In this document: in pieces, positions 38,123 to 49,365 of the stretch | Layout: the number at the start of each line of letters is the position of its first letter | Numbering within the stretch: position 1 is the stretch's first letter | NCBI GenBank assembly: GCA_950097015.1 | Contig: CATNEN010000010.1 | Span: 806,001 to 870,000 of the forward strand | Direction: 5' to 3' | Length of the DNA stretch: 64,000 nucleotides | Source of the DNA: Macrostomum hystrix | Taxonomy: Eukaryota > Animalia > Platyhelminthes | The notes under the pieces: generated by a model | The model's input: the letters and a program-made list of their open reading frames with translations, nothing else | What the model was told of the DNA's origin: nothing | The model's database searches: none | Translations under genes and position numbers: made by a program

Positions 38123-39087
38123 GTCAGAGTGGCTCTCTCGCGGTATATTTTTCTTCTTAGTTCGACTTAGTAGCGCGAGTCGGTACGAGCGGAACTGGCC
38201 AGCTCTATCAACAGTAGCTTGGCCGGCTCAGTTTATTTATTTGCTAGCCAGAATGTACACACCCTGGGACTGGTCAGTTGGCGGAGGGTGGGGTTGACTT
38301 GCCAAGGGCGAGGGGCTGAATAATTTAAATGTACAGCAGGTCAAGGGTGAGTGGCAGGGTGCAAGGTTAATTAAGATAAGAGTTTTGACAGGGCTAGCGC
38401 AATCACGCAGTCAAGTTATTAAATTATTTGGGGTAAGAAAATTAGGGCTGGCTAGCTAAAATGCACTGATGACTCATAGGCAGTGATCTAGCCCCCCCGC
38501 TACTGTATCCACCAAGACAAGAAAACCATAGACAAAAGAGCGACTTTAAAACATCTTTCGCTAACAGTACGACATCAAACTGATACTGAGAGAAGAGCCA
38601 AGGAGTTCTAAATATAGCAACAAAACTAATATATAGTCAGAAAATCTTACCAACAGATAAATTCGAGTAAATTAAATTCTATTTTAAAAGATGGTTAGAC
38701 TTGGACTGTGAATAACGATTACGAAGCAGCGAATTCTATAATTCAATCGCTTTTACATTTGAAAATTTGAATTGGAGGGAGTTTTTACACGTGGAAAATA
38801 ACTATTTTGGTAGAAAATAATTTGAAGTTGTTATAATACAATAAATCGAATTTAAAAATATTAAAACGCTAATTTTTAAGTAACTATTAAAATCCAAATA
38901 TGAACAGAATATTTTTCTGCAGTGGACCTTAACTGCTCAGGTTTAATCCGTTTCAGTTAGTTTAACTTTGTTTAAGCTACTACAACGTACCCATAAAATA
39001 ATATTTTTGTACACACAAAATAATCAAATTTAGAGTCAGCTAGGACTCACTACTTGCGAGTAGACTAAGAGTCCAAGGAAAACTTAC

Positions 39088-39409
39088 TGCTATCGCTGAG
39101 CACAAATCGCTTGTAGGGCACACCGCCGCTGTTGGCGAACGCCTTGCCGCCGCCGCGCCGCGGGGTGCTGCAAAGCCGCTTGCCGTCCGCTGACCTCACG
39201 CCGGCGCGCTGATCCCTCGTCGACGTATCCTCGCCGCACTTTCCGCCTCCAATAGCGATGGGCGTTCGGCGAATGCCCTCGGTGGGCGAGCGGGGATCCT
39301 CCGAGAGGACGCAGGAGGCCGGAGCCGGCGAGGCAGCGTCAAACGGGGGCGGAGCGACGTCGGTCACCGAGTTGTCCAAGCGATGAGCAGAGGCCTGGGA
39401 GTTGCCCAT
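39088..39409 (-). CDS. Probable first coding exon starting MGNSQAS (possible N-myristoylation)
   Basis: GC-rich ORF, acceptor-like CTCCAGTTGCAG just upstream, strong donor GTAAGT at 39087. No phase-matched junction to 38122 was found. Confidence 0.5.
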
Positions 39410-39497
39410 GATGCGAGTGGCTGCAACTGGAGAGTAGGATCAATGTGCGCCACAATGTCCACCGAAAGACTTACTGGCGTTAGAGTGCAGGAATGCA

Positions 39498-40410
39498 ATT
39501 GGAGATGAGGGGATTGGGAATTAGGGATCCGATTGGAGATGAGGGGATTGGGAATTTGGGATCTAATTGGAGATGAGGGGATTGGGAATTAGGGATCCGA
39601 TTGGAGATGAGGGGATTGGGAATTAGGAATCCGATTGGAGATGAGGGGATTGGGAATTAGGGATCCAATTGGAGATGAGGGGATTGGGAATTTGGGATCT
39701 AATTGGAGATGAGGGGATTGGGAAGTAGGGATCAGCTGATTGGAGGTGAAGGGATTGGGAAGTAGGGATCAGCTGATTGGAGGTGAAGGGATTGGGAAGT
39801 AGGGATCAGCTGATTGGAGGTGAAGGGATTGGGAAGTAGGGATCAGCTGATTGGAGGTGAAGGGATTGGGAAGTAGGGATCAGTTGATTGGAGATGAGGG
39901 GATTGGGAAGTAGGGATCAGCTGATTGGAGGTGAAGGGATTGGGAAGTAGGGATCAGCTGATTGGAGGTGAAGGGATTGGGAAGTAGGGATCAGCTGATT
40001 GGAGGTGAAGGGATTGGGAAGTAGGGATCAGCTGATTGGAGGTGAAGGGATTGGGAAGTAGGGATCAGTTGATTGGAGATGAGGGGATTGGGAAGTAGGG
40101 ATCAGCTGATTGGAGGTGAAGGGATTGGGAAGTAGGGATCAGCTGATTGGAGGTGAAGGGATTGGGAAGTAGGGATCAGCTGATTGGAGGTGAAGGGATT
40201 GGGAAGTAGGGATCAGCTGATTGGAGGTGAAGGGATTGGGAAGTAGGGATCAGCTGATTGGAGGTGAAGGGATTGGGAAGTAGGGATCAGCTGATTGGAG
40301 GTGAAGGGATTGGGAAGTAGGGATCAGCTGATTGGAGGTGAAGGGATTGGGAAGTAGGGATCAGCTGATTGGAGGTGAAGGGATTGGGAAGTAGGGATCA
40401 GTCGATTGGA
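39498..40410. repeat. 34/37-bp G-rich minisatellite (GATTGGAGGTGAAGGGATTGGGAAGTAGGGATCAGCT)n
   Basis: About 6 copies of the 34-bp unit, then about 19 copies of the 37-bp unit. Confidence 0.95.
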
Positions 40411-41153
40411 GATAAAGGAGACATATTGGAGACAATATTGTCTAAATAGGCTTTAAATAGCAGAAAACAAATATCAGCTTCAATTAGGTAAAAGTTAGGT
40501 AAGAAAGATGATTATTTATTACAGTTTAGTTCGTAAGCAAAAAACTGCCAAGCGAAAGTGACAGAACGAGGACTAGACAGGAACAAAAAGGTAGAAAAAG
40601 ATGCAATATTTAAAATAATACTGACGAGCTTGTATGCGCGCCCATGAATACTGAAGGGAGAGCCTACCTGCCTGGTACAAAAATATCTCAAGTATAAAAA
40701 TTTCTGAGCTGTGAAAGATTGGTAACGAAATTAGTCGAAATAAAACAGGGAGAGATTCTGAATTCTAATTTATACACGTCCAGGTGACGACCAGGCCAGA
40801 TAGAAAACAAAGCGAACAGGAAAGACAGTTTTTGCTAAAGACAGAACTAGTAAATGAGTACTGACCAGAATAGTGTTAGTGTAGCGACAGTTGCAGCGAC
40901 AATTAAGAGCACAGATACAGAGCAATTTAGGCTGTCAGCAGTCCATAATTCAAGTCAATCCGTTTGGAACGACTGCACAAATGCCGAACCCAATACTCCT
41001 AACTGCTCATAGTTGAAAAAAATATGGGCGGGTATGGTGGCAAGCCCAGTCCATGGACTGAACAGCTGTACACAATAGCAGCAGCTATGCCACCGGCTGC
41101 ACATCTGGCCCAACCGGGAATCTGTGATTTTTATGTGAATGGCTCGCGTCCGA

Positions 41154-44100
41154 TCAGGGTTCGCCCAGGTCTGCGCACTGACGCCCAGCTGCCGCCTGCC
41201 CGGCCAGACGGTGTCCAAGCCAATCGGCGCGCAGGCGTTTCAATGCGGCAGCGTCCAGCGCCAGCGGCCGGCCGGGCCTAGCGGCTTCGCCGCTCAGCCG
41301 GTCGACGTAGGGAGCCGCGGCCAGGGAGGCGGCTCCGACAGCCGGCGCAACCAACAGCAAGTCGACGCTGGCGAGCCGGAGGAACACGCCGGCACCGCCG
41401 CCGCACAGTCGAACATGAGCGCCGGCAGCGCCGACAGGACGGCCGCCGTCAGGCAGGCGCACCCGGCAGCAGGCGGCGCAGACGAGGCGACCGCACAGAA
41501 GGCAGAGCGCCGGACGCACAGGCTCGGACACGGCCTGGGCCTGACGCTCGACGCTGACGATGCCACAGTCGCCGCCGATATCTGGGCAACAACGGCGACG
41601 CTGAGGCGAGGCCAGCAGCAGCAGGAGCTCGGAATAGTCGTCTGGCAGCGGAGTCAGCGAGCGAGTCAGCGGAGGCAGTGTGGGCCCGCCCTGTCGGCAC
41701 TCCAGCCTGGGGTCCAGGCACCAGTGGCTGGCCAGGTCGGCCGCTGATGGCGAGGCGGCGAACAGCTCGCAGGGATCCACCGGCAGGCGTAGAAGTTCGG
41801 CGAGATGGCTAAACTCCTTAGACAATTCTGTGTCATTATTCGCGTAGCCGTCTGCTTGCACTAACCCAATATCGTGCTGATAATCGTCGCTGTCCTCGCC
41901 AACCAGGCAGTGGAAGAATCGAACTGAAGAGCGAAGGAACGGCGCTACAGCGGAGCGCAGTTCAGCAGCGAGTTGAAGACCGGAGGCGGCCGGCGAGGAC
42001 CAGATGCCAGCGGCGAAACGGTAGGAGGTGACCAGCTGACGGGGATAAGTGTACTGACAATGCTTCAGGTAATGTCTTTTTAAGCGAAAATGTATGTATT
42101 GAATTTTATGAGTGATGTGGGAACAATGAACTGGTTGCTATTTAAAGAGATATTGTACGAGGGTCCGATGTAAAGGACTTGCTAATCTAGCCGAGCCAGT
42201 TCCTACCTGATCCAGCTGAGATTCAGCCTCCCAGGCGTCTTCACCATCGTCATCTGGCCGTGCTGGAAGCGCCAGGAACACCTGCACCAGACGGGCCGTG
42301 TAGAACAGCCGCGCCAGGCAAGCCTCGGAGCCGGCGCACACCGGGGTGGTGCAGGCGGGCCGCGGCCGACAGTCACGCAGGTACAGGTAGGGCAGCAGGT
42401 AGGTGAGCGCAATTTGGCTGCTCAGCAGGTCGGCTTGTCGCAGGCTGAGTGGGCAGAGTCGCCGGCCATCAGCTGCGGGCAGCAGGAGGAGCAGGTGGGC
42501 CAGGGCCAGCTCGCGGGCCTGCTGTTGCTGGGATTCGCCAGCCGGAACCAGGAGCGCAGCCGCTCTGGCCAGCTGCTGCAGGGCCGGCGAGCGGTGCCGA
42601 CAGCGGTGGCGTCTGTCACGGACATCGTCATCTTCGGCTTCCAGTGAGTTCAGCGAATAGGCCAGGGCCAGAGGCAGGGAGGCGAGGCGTCTCTGAAAGT
42701 CGCCAGCGGAGGCCGCGGCGCACATGCGCTGGTCGCAGGCTTCGCTCAGCTTGTCGATGAGGCCGAGAAGCTGGCCGTCATTGTCCTCCAGCCAAGCCGT
42801 CGGGTCAGGCGGCCGCTCGCAGCGGACGGTGTAGATACCGGAGAAGGAGTTGCCAATGGCGGTGCTCAGCCGTTGCTGAAGGCCAGCCAGCGACACGGGT
42901 ACCAGGCGGCAGGTAGCTGCAATTCAATAAATATCGCGCAAATGCAAGGAGACTCCAGACTCCAGAGGCGAGTCAGAATGAAAACCTACAATTGTCTCCA
43001 TGCCCGCCAGTGAAGTGAAATGCGTTGGCCACGGTGAATCGCAGGCCCTCTAGCCAGTCGTCGTAGGCAACATCGACGGCGTCCAAGGCGCGCGCCCGTT
43101 TGGGAAAGGCGGCGGGCAGCGGCGGTATCAGAGGCAGCAGGTTGTTGCAGGCCTGCCGGCACAGGGGGCAGTGAAACACGCCCGATGGACCGCGGAGATC
43201 CTGTGGAATCTGGTTATGTAGGACATAGGAGGCTCCCTGGTGGAGGCGTCTAACAGCGCACAGTATAGATTCAGCTGATTCCTTAGAGCATAAGACATTT
43301 CCGCGATCCAGCAGAGGACCAGACATTTCTCCGATCCTATAGAGGATTAGACATTTCCCCGATTTCTCAGAGGATTAAACATTTCCCCGATCCAGCAGAG
43401 GACTAGACATTTCCCCGATCCAGCAGAGGACTAGACATTTCCCCGATCCTATAGAGCATAAGACATTTCCGCGATACAGCAGAGGACCAGACATTTCTCC
43501 GATCCTATAGAGGATTAGACATTTCCCCGATTTCTCAGAGGATTAGACATTTCCCTGATCCAGCAGAGGACTAGACATTTCCCCGATCCTATAGAGGATT
43601 AGACATTTCCCCGATTTCTCAGAGGATTAGACATTTCCCCGATCCAGCAGAGGACTAGACATTTCCCCGATCCTATAGAGGATTAGACATTTCCCAGATT
43701 TCTCAGAGGATTAGACATTTCCCCGATTTCTCAGAGGATTAGACATTTCCCCGATTTCTCAGAGGACTAGACATTTCCTCGATTATATAGAGGTTTAGAC
43801 ATTTCCCCGATTCTGTAGAGGATTAGACATTTTTCGATTCTGTAGAGGATTAGACATTTCCCAATTCTGTAGAGGATTAGACATTTCCCAGATTCTGTAG
43901 AGGATTAGACATTTCCCCGATCAATTAGAGACATTCCCTGACTCCTAAGGGGATCAGACATTCCCCGACTCCTAAGGGGATCAGACATTCCCCGACTCCT
44001 AAGGGGATCAGACATTCCCCGACTCCTAAGGGGATCAGACATTCCCCGACTCCTAAGGGGATCAGACATTCCCCGACTCCTAAGAGGATCAGAAATTTCC

Positions 44101-47100
44101 CGATCCTTCAGAAACTCAGAAATTTTCTTCGGTATCTCGGAGGGTCATTTGACCAATCCTTCAGGGCCCTAGCCACTGTCTTAAGTAAGCTTATTATATG
44201 AAAGCTCACCTGAGGGCAGCAAGCCAGGTGAAAGGCGTGCCCGCAGGAAGACACGTGAACGCCCTCCAACAGGTCGGCTTCAACTGGGCCGTTCGGCCAG
44301 TGCGCAGGTCGCAGCTGGCCCCGCTGGCCGGACAGGGCAGTGGACAGCTGAACTAGGCAGCCGCACACTAGCGGACTCGAACCAAGGGCCACAGGTTCGT
44401 CGGCCTGGCATACAATGCAAACTGCGCTTGGCCACTGGAGCTGGTGCTGCTCCAAGCGCCGACTGCCGAGGAGGTACCGCATGGGCTTCGTTGTCATCGC
44501 CATCTGTGGCTTCGCTGCTTCCGCTGCCGCTACATTAGCTCCGGCGGCCAAGCCGGCTGAAAACAGCTTCTGCTGAGCGGCCATTCTAGCGAGAGCAGTC
44601 CTGCGGGCCGCGTCGATTCTCAGCCGGCGAATTCTCTCGGAATCGACATCGCCTGCAACAGAAGTGGCTACTGACGAGTTTGCCACATCGGAGGAGTGAA
44701 CGCTTGCCTTTAACTGGGCCTCGGAACAAAATTCTCGAGCCTGGCTCAGAGCAATGTCCAGAAGGCGTCCAGCCATCGACCCCGTCGGCAGGTGCGATCG
44801 AGGCAGCGAGCTCAGCGTCGAAAGCAGGCGTGGCTGCACAGCGTCGGCTGCCTCGCGAAGTCCGCAGATTAACAGCAGCAGGGAGCGCTCAACTTGAGCC
44901 TCGGACCAGAGCCTGGGCACGCGGCTGCGGACGCAGCGCTCCAGCACTGCCAGGACAACCTGCTGAGTCGCCTCGCAAACCAGCAACCGCCTGAGCGGAG
45001 CATAGGCCTTCGACAACGGTGGCAATGGCGGCAAATTCGGCTGGCAGTCGAGTAGACGCGCAAGGCTGGCTCTGGTTAGTCGTGGATGGCCCGGGCAGAC
45101 TTTCGCCATGGCATCGCCGCGCAGTCGCCATTCACCGTTGGACGGGGAGGGCTCGGCTACGCGCCTGATCACTGCGTAAATATCGGCTGGGGAATGCGTC
45201 AACAATGCGCCGCCGATAGACATGGCGAAGGCTACGGAGTTGGCGACTTCAACAAGATCGGAATGCGGCAACGAGTCGGCTGTTATTATAAGACGCGCCG
45301 TCAGTTCCTCCTCGACAGCATCCATCGCACTGGAGTCGGGCGACACTTCCGGCAAACGTCGCAGTGTGGCGAGGCTCAATAGCAGCCGGAGCGCTTCCTC
45401 GACGCCAGCTCGCATTGCTGTCTCGTCACCGTCAGAATCGGCCCCACCGGACCTGTCCTCGCCGTGCACCCAGCCGAGCACTTCGAAAGCATCCAGCAGA
45501 CGAAACGCGAAGCTTTCAATTTTCTGTGGTGCTGCGGCTGCGGCGGCTTGCAGTGCTCGAATGTCCAGCAGCTGTGGCGCTGGCTCATGCGCGTAGCGAG
45601 CCAGCGCTCGGCCAAGAGCGACGCCGCCACGGCGCCACAGGCCGGCCGCTGCCTGGCCAGACCAGGCCAGCTGGCGGAGCCAAGTGGCTACGGCCGCCTC
45701 CCATCCAGAATGCCCGCTGGAGGCTGCGCAGGCAACAGCAGCGGAGTTGGGTCCGGCCGCAACGGCTAAAGCGCCAACCAGGCGGGCCAGCGGCTGCGCC
45801 TGCGAAATGCCCACCCGGCCATCAAGTAGGGAGCGGAGGCTCGGCCGCATCGACCAACTGCATGATCTGTTATCAGGATCGTCGGGAAGTTCCAGTGTTG
45901 CACAATCAGGCGGCGATTGCCGAAGGCGATCCATCGCCACCTGGAGAGCCTCGGCGCAGTCAGTTGAACTAGCAGCGGAAAGTTGGCTGACTAGCAGTAT
46001 GACTAGGCGGCCGCAGGCAGCATCGAGCCTTTGAACAGCCTCCCAGTCAATGTCGCAGTCAGGCAGCGGGCTGGCGGGGCCTGAAGCTGGCAGTCGGCGA
46101 ATTAGTCCGGCGTCCTGCAAAGCGAGGCAGGCGTCTAGCAAAGCCGGCAGCGCAGACGATATGCCGATGGACTCGACGAATGAGTAGCCGTCGGTTGTCG
46201 ATGGCGACGCTGACCGCAGGAGTCGCTCGGCGTCGGAAAAAGCGAGTTCGGCGACGGAGCACAGGCAGCGGGAGCGCCGATCGCCGGCAGGCAAGTCGAG
46301 CGGCTCGTAAGGCCCGGAGGCGGCCGTTCCAGGACCGATCAGAGCAACTTTAAAGGCGTGCAGAATGACCGCCAAGGCGTTGCGATTAGTCAGTAGGTGG
46401 CGCGACTGGGTTGTTAGGTGAGAACAGATTAGTAGACTCTGTTATCACTAGTCAGGTCATAAAATGGCACACAAAGAAGCAGTATTCTGTGAGCGGGAAA
46501 CTCACCAGCTCGACCGACCCCAAGGCCCGGCTGCAGAGTCTCATAATAGACTGGCCGCCATCTCCGCTGTGGTCCGAATCACATCGGCTCAGCAGCAGCT
46601 GGGCGTATCGGGCCAGCCAGATCTCCGCCAGCTGCCGTCGGCTCTCTGGTCGGGCCAGCAGGCGATTCAGCAGGGCGGCAACGGAGCGCCGAGCGCCGCG
46701 CCACAGCCGATCGGCGGACAGCAGCAACCGCTCAGCGGCAGGTGGAGAGTCGCCGGCCCTGGACAGAAGGCTGTCACAGAGGGCATTGTGGAGATCGGCT
46801 GCAGAATGGTAGAGGTTATGCAAATAACCAACAGAGGTTTAGCAGTCAATCAACCAGCCATCAACCACCACCAAAACCACTTACGGTGTCTCGCAGCCGC
46901 ATCGGCCAGCCAGGCCAGCAGGCGGTGCGCCAGGAAACGCAGCGCAGCCCGCCTGGCCGGCTCCGCCCAGCAACTTCGCAGGCCCGCAGTCCGACCTTCA
47001 CAGCTGCAGCCGTCGGCGGCCAACAGGTCGGCGCAGGCGGCAACGGCAGCGTTGCGTCCGCCTTTGATTGGCGCCACCGCGCGGCCCTCCGCCTCGGCCT

Positions 47101-48432
47101 GGGCGGCGATGCCGGCGACGGCTGGGCCGGGTTGCAGGCCGAGGGAGCCGGCAAGGGCGAAGCGACGCAGTCTGCCGTCAGCGAGAAGAACAACAGCGAA
47201 CTCGGGAGATTCCATTGTGGGCGTCAGCCAAGAGTCCAGCACATCAGCTGCCGCCCCGTCAGCAGCATCCAAGCCAAGACGCAGCAGCTGCTCTGTCAAC
47301 GCATTGAATCTTGCGACCGTATCGGATGGCAATGCTGGAAACGGCGATACGGCCCTGCTTCTATGCTCGGAGCAGCTGCCACAATCGCACAGGTCCCCGC
47401 AGATGCCGGTCAGATTCCACTGCAATATGGCGGACAATATAATAGTCTTCTGACTAGCCTAACCCATTTGTGTCCTACCCAATTCTATCCTGAACCTACT
47501 CCAATCCAATCCTCAACCTACCCCAATCCAATCCTCAACCTACCCCAATCCAATCCTTAAGCTACCCACATCCAATCCTTAAGCTACCCACATCCAATCC
47601 TCAACCTACCCCAATCCAATCCTCAAACTACCCCAATCCAATCCTTAACCTACCCCAATCCAATCCTCAAACTACCCCAATCCAATCCTCAACCTACCCC
47701 AATCCAATCCTTAAGCTACCCACATCCAATCCTTAAGCTACCGACATCCAATCCTTAAGCTACCGACATCCAATCCTTAAGCTACCCACATCCAATCCTC
47801 AACATACCCCAATCCAATCCTCAACCTACCCCAATCCAATCCTCAACCTACCCCAATCCAATCCTCAACCTACCCCAATCCAATCCTCAACCTACCCCAA
47901 TCCAATCCTCAACCTACCCCAATCCAATCCTCAACCTACCCCAATCCAATCCTCAACCTACCCCAATCCAATCCTCAACATACTCCAATCCAATCCTCAA
48001 CATACTCCAATCCTATCCTCAACATACGCTACTCACCCGATATCGATGCCGCCTGTGCTCAGAGCGCATGAAGCAGTTGGCACAGAGCACACTCGAACAG
48101 AGTTGCGAGCAGTCACTGGAAGAATTCATTTAAAATTGTCATAAACAGACACGAGCATCGATTATCAGCACTTGTGACAAGACAAACTGAATCCTAGCTT
48201 ACAGGCACACAAAGGCTGGATCGCCCTCCAGCAATGGAGCGCCGCAGGACACACCAAAGATGCCATTAGCTTGAGGCACTGGCTTCTGTTGAGCAGCAAA
48301 CACAAATGTGTCAAAGGTGTGCAGCAGGTCAACCATGCCAGATTCACATCTGACAGCTAATAGTGGCTCAGTGGCCGCCTGCAGCGTCCGACCCACCTGG
48401 GCAGTGAGCAGCTGGCGCAGCTCATCTGGATC
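41154..48432 (-). CDS. UBR1: UBR1/UBR2-type N-recognin RING E3 ubiquitin ligase, highly divergent (~1714 aa, 8 exons)
   Basis: Exons 48432-48203, 48115-48037, 47419-46885, 46798-46506, 46405-44210, 43209-42990, 42916-42207, 42035-41154; all GT-AG and phase-consistent. UBR box, ClpS-like region, WRRGG (cf. WRRNG), RING-H2 CIVC..SCGHAFHLAC..CPLC, C-terminal LPDDYS..ALCLLCG..APYVD. UBR1 versus UBR2 cannot be distinguished. Confidence 0.92.
43270..44105. repeat. 28-bp and 27-bp intronic minisatellites (ATTAGACATTTCCCCGATTTCTCAGAGG; ATCAGACATTCCCCGACTCCTAAGGGG)
   Basis: Two related units in tandem inside the UBR intron that splits the RING. Confidence 0.93.
47480..48028. repeat. 22-bp intronic minisatellite (CCAATCCAATCCTCAACCTACC)n
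   Basis: About 25 copies filling the intron inside the UBR box. Confidence 0.94.
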
Positions 48433-49076
48433 CTGCAATCAGATCAGGGTGGAATACGAAGGAAATGTCAGAAAATCTGTTACAACTAAACAGCAGCAAA
48501 ATTTGAGCTTTAAAAGATCAACCAGATGATGAGGCATGTAAGAGTTTTTTGAATTGGAAAAAAATAATGAAAAATAGCTATATATCGATCTAGCCATCTA
48601 GCAAAAACAAATATATATTAAGTAATATAATCCCTTCTGGTTAGCAGGACCAGAAATTCTGCATATAATTAATCCCCTAAGTTAGCAAAAACTCACACAT
48701 TATGCTAATAACCCATCAATAAGTTTATAATATACTCCCTTCCAGGTTGTTCTGTTTCAAACCAGGATAGCCAAGATGGAATGCATGTTTTCTTTAATAT
48801 CTGAAGAAGTGGATAAGCCTATGTAAAATAAAGGTGACTAATGCCACTAGAGCTTCTGTAAAGCTCAAAATAACTATAAGCTTTGAAGTGACCAAAAAAT
48901 ATACATTTTCAGATGCACAGCTTGAGCATTTGAAAGTACTCAAAGTACTAAAAAATGTGAACATTTGAAAGAACCAATTCCCCCTTAAGTCAAGAACCAA
49001 CAAAAAAGTTTTAAATAAAAGACTCAGTGTAGTTAGCTAAAGTAGTCTCCTTTGAATATTTTGTATGTGATATATG

Positions 49077-49331
49077 CATACATGTGCAACCTCATGCAAC
49101 TTAGTTTTTGCTTTCATTTGCGACTTAGTTCATTTCATTGCTCTATTTACGACTTAGTTTGCTCTCTTTTGCTCTCTTTTTCTCTCCCCTTTTTCCTTTT
49201 CTTCATGCCTTCCTTTTTTGTCTCTTGGTCCCCCCTTTGATTTTTTTGTGCTTGGTTGATTGTTTTTTTCGACTTACCTTGCTTGGCCCTTGTTTCATCC
49301 GGCTGGTTCGGCCGGGTGTTGCGCATGTATG
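49077..49331. mobile_element. hAT MITE, family A (255 bp)
   Basis: TIRs CATACATGTGCAAC / GTTGCGCATGTATG; perfect 8-bp TSD GATATATG; interior matches the right end of 53652..56783. Confidence 0.9.
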
Positions 49332-49365
49332 GATATATGATACCCTACCCTCTCTTTGTATAGTA

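Noticed and set aside
41139-47560. Plus-strand ORFs overlapping UBR exons (e.g. 46464-47453, 41139-41747)
   Set aside because: Antisense shadows of GC-rich coding sequence
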